Source: Octopus sinensis
Taxonomy: Eukaryota
Direction: 5' to 3'
Assembly (NCBI RefSeq): GCF_006345805.1
Contig: NC_043012.1
Location: forward strand, 11,966,001 to 12,030,000
DNA length: 64,000 bases
Below the pieces are notes generated by a model. The model made no database searches and was not told the DNA's origin. It was given only the letters and a program-made list of their open reading frames with translations. Below, piece after piece: positions 1 to 11,975 of this stretch (its first letter is position 1; each line of letters begins with the position of its first letter). A program made the position numbers and the translations under genes.

Positions 1-1004
1 GCCACTCCAACACCACTTCAATCGTCTCAGCTGACACTTCACGTTATTCACCGCCTTATTTCAACTGCAACAAAAGTACCTCGTGCCTACCACTTCGACG
101 ACACTCCTAATATCGTTCACTGCTACACTACCTTAATCGCAACCACTGCAGCACCACGCCGTCACATCTGCTGTATTCTATCTTTAATACAACAATCACT
201 GCCGCTCCACTTCATGGCCATCACCACTGCTACCGCCACCAAAATCACTAACTCTGGGTACCCACTACAATACTACTTCATTGACACTCCAGTTCATGGG
301 GTGAAACACTACCTCACCACCACCACACTGCAACCCCACTTTATACCTATCAATATCACTGCCAGCCACTCCTTTTATGACCACCATTTCCGTAGCACTG
401 CTTCTTCATCACAACGATTTTGATACTCTAATGCTATTTACCTTACATAACTAAATTTACTACCACCACCACCACCACCACCACCACCGCCACCGCTGCT
501 GCCGCCGCCGCCACAACCACCACCACCACAAGCACAAATTATCACAATAGCCACTGCACCCCCATCTTAACCCCCTTCACCGCCGACTGTTATTTAATCT
601 CCAGCTCAGGTGTGATAGAAATATATTATTTGTGATCAAAGTCGTTTCCTCCTTGGGTATAAGTGTATCTAAGAATGCATTGTCAAATGTGACTTTCCTT
701 TAAGATGACAGACAATAGGGCGTGATTCGAGGGGAATTTGACTGCTATTTCCAACACCGTAGACTCTCCTTCATCAGCTCTTCAACTCTGAAGAACTTTA
801 TTGTACGTTGGTTGCGGATATGGGTGTTGCTGTTGTTAATGTTGGCGTTGATGTTGTTTAGCCCCAGGACAACCCCGAACCACAATAGCACTATAATAAA
901 AGTTCGAGTCGTGACCCTTTCACCTTTTATTCATAGTCTATCAATAATTATATATATAAATATATATACATATATACACACACACACAGACACACAGACA
1001 CACA

Positions 1005-1052
<48 letters not shown>

Positions 1053-1113
1053 TATATACGACGGGCTTCTTTCAGTTTCCGTCTACCAAATCCAGTCACA
1101 AGGCTTACATATC

Positions 1114-1180
<67 letters not shown>

Positions 1181-1183
1181 GTA

Positions 1184-1216
<33 letters not shown>

Positions 1217-1246
1217 TATATATATATATATATCTGTACGTATATT

Positions 1247-1680
1247 GGCGCAGGCGTGGCTGTGTGGTAAAAAGATTGTTTCCCAAACCCACTTGGTTCC
1301 GGGTTTAGACCCATTGCGTGGCTCCTTAGGCAAGTGTTTTCTACTGTAGCCTCGGGCAGACCAAAGCCTTGTGAGTGGATTTTATAGACAGAAACTGACA
1401 GAATATATATATATATATATATATTATATGTATGTTTGTATGTATGTTTATGTGTGTATGTGCGTGAATGTGTGCGTGTGTGTATGTGTTTGTCCACCAC
1501 CATCGCTGGGTAACCGGTGTTGGTTTGTTCAACTACCCATAATCTATCGGTTCGGCAAAAGACACCGATAGAATGTGTATCAGGCTTAAAAGAAAAAAGT
1601 ACTGGCGTCGATTCATTGAACTAAAAATTCAAGGCGGTACTACAGCATGGCCGCAGTTTAATGGCAAGTAAGAAATAAAG
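1247..1680 (+). mobile_element. tRNA-derived SINE, family C (local label), decayed copy with internal microsatellite
   Basis: Head GGCGTGGCTGTGTGGT...GGTTCCGGGTT (A/B-box-like), body CAAAGCCTTGTGAGTGGATTT, internal (TA)/(TG) tract, tail GGCGGT..CAGCATGGCCGCAG. More than 10 homologous copies in the window. Confidence 0.75.
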
Positions 1681-3112
1681 ATAAAACGCATCGTTTTTCT
1701 AAACAAAGATAAAGTACTATCTACAGGTGATTTAGTTGTTATGTCTAGCTGGTGAAGAGTCCGCGTAGGGAATCCCTTGGTGCTTCTCATGGGCGGTAGA
1801 TTTTTGCGGTCGTTGCTACTGTTGGTATATGATTATACCATTCTAGTGGTACTTGTGAATTTTAAGTGTGTGGGCGTGTTTGCGCTTGTAAGTATATGTA
1901 CATATTATCGTGGATGTCGATATGCGCATGCGCATACACACACACATACACTCCCATGTACACACACACACACACTCACACATATGCACTGTGTGTGTGT
2001 GTGTGTGTGTGTGTCTGTGTATAATTTCGCATACTTGAAAGTAAATGTATTTATAAATATGTAAAGATGTGTGAATATAAATAAATAAATATAATTTCAA
2101 CATAATCACACACATTGTATGTTCTGCATGAATGCCCATATATATACGCACGTACCCCACCCCACAAACACACCCACGCACACAAACACGCACACACACA
2201 CACACAAACACATACCCATGTATACATACATGCGTATATTCATACATATATATATACATGCATGCATATATAATGTGTGATGTTGAATAAAATTTCAAGA
2301 GCAGAGATATGTCGCAGTCAAAGCGATGTGAACAGCAGTAAGCATAATCTACTGTGGTAGCGGTAGTAGTAGTAGTAGTTGTAGTATTAGTAGTGGTGGT
2401 GGTAGTGGGGCAGTAACAGTGATGGTAGTGGTTGGAGGAGAAATATTAACAATGGTAGCAGTAGTAGTAGTCGCTTTAACAGTGGCAGTGGTGGGAGGAG
2501 TGGTGATATTAACAGTGATAGAAGCGGTGGTAGTAGTAGTAATATTAAGAGAGTGGCAGTGGTGGTAGCTGTAGCAATAAACATATTGTAGTGGTGGTGG
2601 TGGTAGTAATATTAAGAGTAGCAGTGGTAGCAGCAGTAGCAGAGTAGTGATATTAGAAGTAAGGTAGCGGTAGTGGTTGTTGTGGTGTTATTAATTTGTG
2701 ATGTGGTTATGGTAGCTATAGTGCTGTTAAAAGTTCTGGTAGTAGTATTATTAATTATAGTATTTGTAGTAGTAGTAGCAGTTGTAGTGATATACAAAGA
2801 AGTGGTAGTAGTAGTAGGAGTCGTAGTAGTACTAGCAGTAGTTGTAGTTTTGGTAGTAGTAGTTTTGGTGGTAGTGGTGATGGTGGTGGTACATTAGTGA
2901 TGATAAACTGTGGTGTAGTACAAACAGTAGCTTTTGTGATTGTTGCGGTGGTAGTGGTGGTTGTTGCGGTGGTAGTAGTGGTTGTTGCGGTGGTAGTTGT
3001 AGTGGTAGTAGTGGTTATATAAATAGTTGCGGTGGAGGTAGCAATGGTAATATTAACAGAGGTAGTGGTAGCACTATTGATATCACCAGTGGTTGCGGTG
3101 GTGGTGGTGGTG

Positions 3113-3178
<66 letters not shown>

Positions 3179-3411
3179 ATATTAAAATAGGCAGCGGTGG
3201 TGATAGCAGTAGTGATATTGTTTATGATGGTCGTGGTATCAGCAATTTTAGTTATAGTATAAGAAGTAGTTCTCTTAACAGTGGCGGTGGTAGTCGCAAC
3301 AGTGGTAGAAGTAGCCAAATTAACAATTATTGCAGTGTGTATTGCAGTGGTGGTTGCAATAATGACATTAACAGTGTTAGTTGCGGTTGCAGTGCTACTA
3401 TTCTTTGTGGT

Positions 3412-3657
3412 AAGGCGGCGAGCTGGCAGAAACGTTAGCACGCCAGGCGAAATGCTTAGCGGTATTATATTATTATAAGTCGACCACGGCGAAATCTGAG
3501 TTCAAATTCCGCCGAGGTCGACTTTGCCTTTCATCCTTTCGGGGTCGATTAAATAAGTACCAGTTACGCACTGGAGTCGATATAATCAACTTAATCCGTT
3601 TGTCTGTCCTTGTTTGTCCCCTCTATGTTTAGCCCCTTGTGGGTAGTAAAGAAATAG
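3412..3657 (+). mobile_element. tRNA-derived SINE, family A, tail type 1
   Basis: AAGGCGGCGAGCTGGCAGAAACGTTAG head, GAGTTCAAATTCC B-box, core GAGGTCGACTTTGCCTTTCATCCTTTCGGGGTCGAT, tail CCCCTTGTGGGTAGTAAAGAAATAG. Confidence 0.8.
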
Positions 3658-3826
3658 GTATTTCGTCTGCCGCTACGTTCTGAGTTCAAATTCCGCCGAG
3701 GTCGACTTTGCCTTTCATCCTTTCGGGGTCGATAAATTAAGTACCAGTTACATACTGGGAGCGATCTAATCGACTGGCCTCATCCCCCAAAGTTTCGGGC
3801 CTTGTGCTTAGAGTAGAAAAGAATAT
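3658..3826 (+). mobile_element. SINE-A, 5'-truncated, tail type 2
   Basis: Same core as 3412-3657 but ends CCCCCAAAGTTTCGGGCCTTGTGCTTAGAGTAGAAAAG. Confidence 0.75.
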
Positions 3827-4297
3827 TATCTGTAGTAGTGGCGGTGATGGTGGTGGGAATTGTTATATTAACATTGGCAGTGGAGGTAGCAGTAGCAGCC
3901 GCAGCCGCAGTAGCAGCAGTAGTAGTGTAACTAACAGTTGCAGTTTTGTTGTTGCTGTTGGTGTTGGTGATGGTAGCGTAATAATGAAAGTGAAAGTAGC
4001 GGTGGTAGGAGTAGTGATATACAAAGAAGTGGTAGCGGTGGTAGCGGTAATGATATAAACTGCTATGAAGATGGTGGTAGAAGTAGTAGCAGCAGCAGCA
4101 GCAGTAGTAGTTGCAGTAGTAGTGGTAGTAGTAGTAGTAGTAATATTCACACTGGCAGTGGTGGTAGTAGTATTAGTCGCAGCGCTGATATAATTAATGA
4201 TGGCAGCCTGCTGAGATATTTATAGCGGCAGCCATTGGTAGTAGTAATATCAAGAGAGTAGCAGTAGGGATATCAAATACGGGTAGTAGTAGTAGTG

Positions 4298-4345
<48 letters not shown>

Positions 4346-4979
4346 GTGATATCAACCATGGTTGTAGTGGTGATAGTACAGTGGTGATATCAACGATTAT
4401 AGTATTGTATTGAGTGTGGTAGTTGTGACGATATAAATAATAAGTGTAGTGGTAAGAGTACAGTGGTGATATCAGCAATGTATTGGTGACAGTACAATAA
4501 TGTTATCAAAGATTGTAATATAGTATGAGTAGTAATAGTTGTGGCGATATCAACACTGATTGTATTGGCGACAGTACAGGGGTGATATCAAGGATGATAA
4601 CGTAGCCAGTGACTGCAGTAGTAGAAGTAGTAGTGGGAGTTACATTAACAATGGCAGTGGTGGTAATTGTAGCCGTGATGATATTTACAGTAACGATATC
4701 AGCTCTTTGAGACGGTTGCAGTGGTAGAAGACGCAGTGACGGTGGAAGTGGTAGTCGGAGGAAGAATATCAACGCTGTGCTAGTTGTAGTAGTGGTGGTA
4801 GAGGCTGCAGTGTTTATATCAACAATGTATTGGTTGCAGTAGTGGTGGTGGTGGTGGTGGTAGCAGTATTTATATCGACACTGTGGTAGCGGTGCTGCTG
4901 GTTTTAAACAATGATATCAAAACTAACGCTTATCGTTAATAGAAATATTATTTACGCGACAAACAACAGCTGCAGGAGC

Positions 4980-5019
4980 ATTATTATTATTATTATCATT
5001 ATCATTATTATTATTATTA

Positions 5020-5083
<64 letters not shown>

Positions 5084-5179
5084 CATTATTATTATTATCA
5101 TCATTATTATTATTATTATTGTAATTATTATTATTATTATTGTTATTATTATTATTATTATTGTTATTATCATTTATTA

Positions 5180-5234
<55 letters not shown>

Positions 5235-5333
5235 CATTATTATTATTATCATCATTATTATTATTATTATTGTAATTATTATTATTATTATTGTTATTAT
5301 TATTATTATTATTATTGTTATTATCATTTATTA

Positions 5334-5370
<37 letters not shown>

Positions 5371-5433
5371 CATTATTATTATTATTATTGTTATTATTAT
5401 TATTATTGTAATATTATTATTATTATTATTGTA

Positions 5434-5474
<41 letters not shown>
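4980..5474. repeat. Long imperfect (ATT)n microsatellite
   Basis: About 495 bp of ATT with ATC/GTT variants. Confidence 0.95.
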
Positions 5475-5475
<1 letters not shown>

Positions 5476-5644
5476 ATGACAAAACCCTTTGTAACTTTCG
5501 CCCTGTTTTGTCCCTAAATGTTTCTAATTGAATTTTTGTCAGTTCTTGTGGCCAATAAAATAATTAATTATTATTATTATATTATTAATATAAGTAGTAG
5601 TAGTAGTAGTAGTAGTAGTGTAACAGCAGTTGTGGTCATGGTTG

Positions 5645-5677
<33 letters not shown>

Positions 5678-6327
5678 GTGATCGTCTTTGTGTTAGTTTC
5701 TTGTAGTTTAGCCCCAGGTCAACGTTTATTTTGTTCATTCGTCATGCAGGATCTATGATCAAAGGCGTTCTAGCCCTGACCTTTACGCGATATGGCTAGG
5801 TCTTTATTATCAAGTGTGTCCTTTCGTTATTTAAGACAGCAGGATGCACATTGAGAGATATTTGGCTACGGTTTTTCCTCACCGGTTAGTCCACAGAATA
5901 GAGTCGCCTTCATCAGTGTTGTTGTTGTTGTTGTTGTTATTGTTGTGGCTGTTGTTAGAATGGTGACGATGGAAGGAGTATTTATTGTAATAAGGGGTTG
6001 TTATTTTTGGTACCGTATGCGATATTGGCATTAGAGGTCGGTGGTGATATTAATGGACTTATTGCTAGCATCGGATATGGCGGTTGCGTTGGAGCGTAGA
6101 GGAAGGGTTTGGGTCTATCGAAGCAGGCGAGGCGGGAAGAGGAGAGCGACAAACAGCTCAACACTTGTTAACAGCTTACTAACAATGTTAAATGATGATC
6201 ATAAATGCAAAGACGACGACGACTACGACGGCGTCGACCGCAGTAACAATTATGATGAGGACCATACTGCTAGCTGCTGATGCTGCTTGTACTGCATCTA
6301 ACGCTGCTGCTGTCGCTATTGATGCTG

Positions 6328-6452
6328 CTAATAACTGTTTACAATATTCCCTGTGACAAGTGATATAGCTATACATAGTACAGAGAAAATACATCTCTGC
6401 AGAGACTGGCTGGCGATGGACGTATTGTGGCTGTCATGCCTCTCCTTTTTTT
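6328..6452 (-). CDS. Candidate terminal coding exon with hydrophobic C-terminus (unverified)
   Basis: Acceptor ttttctcttcgatcacccattcctcAG; phase-1 reading xKKERHDSHNTSIASQSLQRCIFSVLCIAISLVTGNIVNSY-stop. No homology recognised. Confidence 0.2.
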
Positions 6453-6646
6453 CTGAGGAATGGGTGATCGAAGAGAAAAGGTTCCAGCTTAGAATCGAAT
6501 GTATGAGTGTGGAATAATTTCTCACCCAAGATTTCCTTTAGTAATTCTGCCAACTCATCACCCTCCCCAATATGATAATAATAATAATAATAATAATAGT
6601 AATAATAATAATGATGATGATGATGACGATGATGAAGTTGATGATG

Positions 6647-6707
<61 letters not shown>

Positions 6708-6714
6708 TAATAAT

Positions 6715-7243
6715 AAAACTGACAGAAAGATAGACGCGAATAGGCCATACATCATAGTAAAAGACTTCAGACAAAAAACATGCCACCTCATTCATATGAC
6801 TGTCCCAGTTGATATAAACGTATCTGTCAAGACCTACCAGAAACTGAGCAAATATAAAGATCTGGAAATAGAAATCAGCAAAATGTGGAACCTGAAGACT
6901 AAAACAATACCTGTTGTCATAGGTGCCCTGGGAATGACAGCGAAAGGGGCTGATTGCTACCTAACTCAGATACCAGGAAACCCCAAGATGGCAGAAATTC
7001 AAAAGATAGTGCTCATGGGAACTGCTCATATCCTACGCAAAATACTTTCTATGTAATCTCAAGTTTTAAAACAAACATAATTTTCGTATGTTTTTTTAGG
7101 CATTCACTAGTACAACACTAAGTACAAAACCAAATATATGTCACCCTAGGTATAACACCAACATGAACTTCCAGCTTGTCTCTTGAGGTCTCTGGGTGAG
7201 ACTTGGAGCCAACTTGTACAAATGTAAAGCAAAAGTCAAAAAT
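6715..7243 (+). mobile_element. 5'-truncated RLE-type non-LTR retrotransposon (R4/Dong-like): endonuclease C-terminus plus 3' UTR
   Basis: Open frame KTDRKIDANRPYIIVKD..TCHLIHMTVP.D.N...K..QKLSKYKDLEIEISKMWNLKTKTIPVVIGALG...LMGTAHILRKILSM-stop(7056) matches the PD-(D/E)xK RLE tail; the two expected Asp read Tyr and His. (AAT)n on both sides. Confidence 0.85.
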
Positions 7244-7264
7244 ATAATAATAATAATAATAATA

Positions 7265-7493
7265 TGGCCTGATGCAGTACAAGGTAGTGGCTCTCGTGGC
7301 TTCTGATCTTAACTGATTGGAAGTGTTATCATGTACGTTGTTTTGTCTTGGTATAAAAGATGGGCTACAGCAAATATTCTGCTCAGTACCACAGATTTGT
7401 TTGTCAGTTGTTTGACCTTAACCAGTTGAGCATGTTCCTTAGCGGCTGACGATATGTGCATCTCTGATCACGAGCAGAAGTAGTGGCGGAGCA
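7265..7493 (+). mobile_element. Non-coding element X, 5' part (3'-truncated)
   Basis: About 90% identical by hand alignment to the reverse complement of 8601-8826; starts directly after (AAT)n. Confidence 0.75.
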
Positions 7494-7499
7494 CTACTT

Positions 7500-7852
7500 T
7501 CTATTAAAGATGCCACTTGTTGTTAAGCAGGTTATGGGTATATAAGTTTTTGGTTAATTTCTTTCTTCATTTTTCGAAAGTAGAAATGTAACACCATTAG
7601 CATCATATTAGGTTGCTGCAAAACATTGTTGTAAAGTCGTCAGCAGTTCATGAATTTCTGAGAAGGAATTCAACCAGAAGTTAGGAATTTTGTGCTTTCC
7701 TGGATACTTCTATTTGCTTGCTTTCCTGAGAGTAGTTCTTACATCTTCTACCTTGATATTCTATCAATCCAAGAGATCTTTTTATTGTGCACATTTTCTT
7801 CTGCCCATATTTTACTCTAAAGTTCCTGCACTTCCTTTGCTGGAACGGACTT

Positions 7853-7853
<1 letters not shown>
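7500..7853 (-). pseudogene. Decayed reverse-transcriptase fragment of an RLE-type non-LTR element
   Basis: Minus-strand peptides IWAEENVHNKKISWI, IKVEDVRTTLRKASK*KYPGKHKIPNFWLNSF, GVTFLL and PKTYIPITCLTT, with stops and frameshifts. Confidence 0.7.
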
Positions 7854-7887
<34 letters not shown>

Positions 7888-7904
7888 AAAAATAATAATG
7901 GCCT

Positions 7905-8181
7905 AGGGGATAGGGCGTTGCACTCAAGATAATGAGATCGTGGTTTCATTTCCTAGACCGGATGGTACGTTGTATTCTTGCGCAAAACACTTCACCTCAC
8001 GTTGTTCTGCGATCACTTCGATACTTGACGAGTTTACGCTGTGCCCCTGCTCAGCAAACATCGATGTGATGGAGTAAGTGAGCTAATTTGTGGCACATAC
8101 ATTTGATTGCTATAACAAATCATTTCTGAAGGTCGTTCGGTAAAAGCTGAACACTCATACATCGTCTTCGACGGGAGAGTC

Positions 8182-8183
<2 letters not shown>
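7905..8183 (+). mobile_element. tRNA-derived SINE, family B-like, decayed, ending in an (ATT)n tail
   Basis: GGCCTAGGGGATAGGGCG...GTGGTTTCATTTCC head, TTCTTGCGCAAAACACTTCACCTCACGTTG body; similar to 21085-21343 and 56405-56660. Confidence 0.55.
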
Positions 8184-8232
<49 letters not shown>

Positions 8233-8278
8233 CATTATTATTATTATTATCATTATTATTATTATTACTATTATTATT

Positions 8279-8830
8279 GAAAGAGGGAGCTGTGCATGCC
8301 ATCAGAGTGACTGGGGTAAAATATACGAACCCCAGTATACCCATCATGACTACCCGTCTGATAAGTTTACACTAGGCACATGCATCACCACCATATGTGC
8401 GTGACATAGTGATCTCATATCAAGATAAACAGTGCATGCCCTTGCTGGTGGGGCCCAGTTATGGTTTCTTCAAGTCGAGTAGCCCATCCCTTTTCAAAAT
8501 TCCCTGAACAAGGGTTGATTAAGGATGTTGAACGAACCACCCATGTTTCAAGAGGTGAATTATCCAAACCCCAAAGTATTCCTCTTAACACATGGCTATG
8601 ATGCTCCGCCACTACTTCTGCTCATGATGAGAGATGCACATATCGTCAGCCACTAAGGGACATGCTCAAATGGTTAAGCTCAAACAACTGACAAGCAAAT
8701 CTGTGGTATTGAGCAGAGTATTTGCTGTAGCCCATCTTTTATACAAGGACAAAACAATGTACACGATAATACTTCCAATCAGTTAAGATCAGAAACCATG
8801 AGGGATACTGCCTGGTACTGCATCAGTGCT
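8279..8830 (-). mobile_element. Non-coding element X, apparently complete (~550 bp), between two (TAA)n tracts
   Basis: Flanked by (ATT)n at 8184-8278 and 8831-8854; same 5' start (CTGATGCAGTAC) as the copy at 7265; no long ORF or clear tRNA head. Confidence 0.75.
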
Positions 8831-8854
8831 ATTATTATTATTATTATTATTATT

Positions 8855-9134
8855 CAGTAGTTTTATTTTTTTTTGCGTGCTTTCACTTCACTACCGAGCG
8901 CAGCTCTGTGTGCCTTGGGTATGTGCTGTGATTTGTTATGATGCTCTGATGGTTATTGTATGGAAAGTGTTCTGCGTAGGATGTGTGCAGTGCCTAGTAG
9001 TGCAATTTTCTGTATGTTATATGTGTTTGTAAGTCCTGGTGTTTTTGTTATGTATTTGTCTGAATATTTTTTTATCATGCCTAATGAACCTACTATGATA
9101 GGAATTGTTTCTGTTTTCAGATTCCACATTCTGG

Positions 9135-9137
<3 letters not shown>
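8855..9137 (-). mobile_element. 5'-truncated R4/Dong-like element, second subfamily
   Basis: 9132-8953 reads RMWNLKTETIPIIVGSLGMIKKYSDKYITKTPGLTNTYNIQKIALLGTAHILRRTLSIQ-stop, homologous to the 6715-7056 peptide but with a different 3' UTR; (ATT)n on both sides. Confidence 0.85.
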
Positions 9138-9189
<52 letters not shown>

Positions 9190-9203
9190 TATTATTATTA
9201 CTA

Positions 9204-9261
<58 letters not shown>

Positions 9262-9605
9262 GGTTTGACTCAGGTTGGGTCTTATTCCAGGTTCGTTGGT
9301 TGATTTCTCCTGTCAGGTCGTAGAGAAAGATAGGCTAAAAGAGTCTAAAAGAGATACAGAGGGAGAATAAGAGGAGCAGGATGAGTGCACTTGATCTCCT
9401 AAGAAGGTGAAATGAATAAATAAATACTTAAATGTCAGTTATCATTCCTTGATCTCATTACACAACAGTAAAGTGGCATCATAGAAAACAAGACATTTGT
9501 TATAAGAAAAGTAAGGTGCTGAAAAAGGTAATTGCAATTAGTAACTCGGCAATCCTTTACGAATTTATCATTGTCAGTTTGCAGACAACATTTACCTATA
9601 TTACA

Positions 9606-9852
<247 letters not shown>

Positions 9853-9995
9853 CAACAAAATGGTATTTTGTATGTGTGTATATATGTATGTACGTACGTC
9901 ATTATTTAGTTTATTTCAAGATTTCTTGCAAATACAGAAAGAACTGGTTTCATTAGAATTTCAGCATCAACAACGGAGTATTTTTGTTTGTATGC

Positions 9996-10028
<33 letters not shown>

Positions 10029-10661
10029 TGTATGTATGTATGTATGTATGTATGTATGTATGTATGCATGTGTTTGTGTGTGTTTGTGTGTGTATATGTG
10101 TGTGCTTTTATATATGTGTATCGATTAATATATCTGTGTGTGTTCGTTACGTAGTACCGCTTGGTAACCGGTGTTGATTCGTTTATGTCCCCATAATCCA
10201 ACAATTCGCCAAAAGAGATCCATAGAATAAAAGAGTACCGAGGTTGATTTGTTCGACTAAACCTCAAGGTGGTGCCCTAGCTTTATTCTGCAGAAAATTT
10301 TAATCTTCTATGAAGTCCTGGCCGTTCTAATGCAGCTATTACTGATAACGCAAAGAAATCGAATCACAAACGCCAAGAACTATTTCGATCAGTTTCTGAG
10401 CAAATTCTCGTTTAATGACATTTGATCTGTCATGGTCACAGCAAACATGTGATTGAGTCCTATATGCAGGTTTTGACTTTTCTATCCAAAGGATTTTTAA
10501 TCCAATATTTAACTCCCTGTCATTTGTAGATTCATCTAATTTGAGTTGCATTGTTAAAGCAATTTATTTCACGTTCCCTCGAGCGTCCTAAATTATGATA
10601 TAAACAACATACTGAAATTATCGTTTCTGGTGAATCAACAATGATCTATCTATCTGTATAC

Positions 10662-10751
<90 letters not shown>

Positions 10752-11070
10752 GTCTGTCTGTCTGTCTGTCTGTATGTATGTCTGTCTGTCTGTCACTCTC
10801 TATATATACGTCATACGTCATTTGTATTTGTATATATATTTATATATACACACATTCGATCCTTCTTCCAAGAAATCTAATGCTCGTAGATTAGTTTTTC
10901 CTTGGGACTGGCCGGATCGGAGCGACCTCAAGATTAATCAGCCGAAATTGCTACGATGATCCGGTTCTTGACTGAAGATTGAAGGCTTCGAATGTCCCGT
11001 CAATGTTTTTTGTATCATCTTCTAAATGTTTTACGTTCTTGTCCCAGTTTGTATTTTTCTACATAAAATA

Positions 11071-11118
<48 letters not shown>

Positions 11119-11151
11119 GTATGTGTGTGTGCGCGCGCATGTGTGTGTATA

Positions 11152-11720
11152 CGTGAATTCTGACTTCAAATTCTACCGCGGTCAACTTTGTTTTCATCAT
11201 TTTAGGGTCGATAAAATAATACACCAGTTCAGCCCCGGGATCAATGTAATCGATTTACCTCTCCCCGAAATTGCTGGCCTTGTGCCAAAATTTGAAACCA
11301 ATATCAATAGCAACACTAAGGTGGCGAGCTGGCAGAATCGTTAGCACGGAAAGCGGCATTTCGTCTGCCTTTACGCTCTGAGTTCAAATTCCGCCGAGTT
11401 CGACTTAGTCTTTAATCCTTTCGGGGTCGATAAAGTAAGCTTCAGTTGATCGATGCAATCAGCTGAACCCTTGTCTCCGAAATTGCTGGACTTGTGCAAA
11501 AATTTCAAACCAATATTAGTTTCAAATCATGCCAGAAGAGCAGAAATTTTGAGGGACAGGATGATTTGATCACATCGACCCCAGTTTTCAATTGGTACTT
11601 GTTTTATCGATCTCGAAGGATGAAAGGCAAAGTCGACTTTAACGGAATTTGAACTCAAAACGTAAAGCCAGACGAAATGTCGTTAAGCGTGCTACCGATC
11701 CTGCCAGCTCGCAGCCTTAA
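11152..11720. mobile_element. Cluster of decayed SINE-A copies in both orientations (tail type 3)
   Basis: Plus copies at about 11152-11306 and 11317-11516 ending GGCCTTGTGCCAAAATTTGAAACCAATAT; minus copy at about 11520-11720. Confidence 0.7.
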
Positions 11721-11742
11721 ATTTGGAACCAATATTAATATC

Positions 11743-11975
11743 TATTTCTTTACTGCCCACAAGGGGCTAAACATAAAGGGGACAAACAAGGACAGACAAA
11801 GGGATTAAGTCGATTACATCGACCCCAGTGCGAAACTGGTACTTAATTTATCGACCCCGAAAGAATGAAAGGCAAAGTCGACCTCGGTGGAATTTGAACT
11901 CAGAACGTAACGACAGACGAAATACCGCTAAGCATTTCGCCCGGTGCGCTAACGTTTCTGCCAGCTCACCGCCTT
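11743..11975 (-). mobile_element. Full-length SINE-A (tail 1) with 18-bp target-site duplication
   Basis: GGAACCAATATT(A/T)ATATC at 11725-11742 and 11976-11993 flanks the copy. Confidence 0.9.

Larger units (their letters stand above)
2340..4900. repeat. GTA/GTG-rich cryptic triplet low-complexity tract, interrupted by SINE-A copies
   Basis: Runs of (GTA)n and (GTG)n with recurring motifs such as AGTACAG(T/G)GGTGATATCA and GTAGTGATATACAAAGAAGTGGTAG (near 2783 and 4012). Confidence 0.85.

Noticed and set aside
2755-3441. 228-aa Thr-rich mucin-like ORF (also 44265-44540 and 46232-46507)
   Set aside because: The start lies inside a SINE and the body is (ACT/ACC)n low complexity; no signal peptide or splice support.
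10855-11070. CTGAAGA...GAA motif at 10972-10992 as a hammerhead
   Set aside because: Position 15.1 is T rather than A, and stem I cannot form without pairing the core C. Probably a repeat fragment of unknown family.
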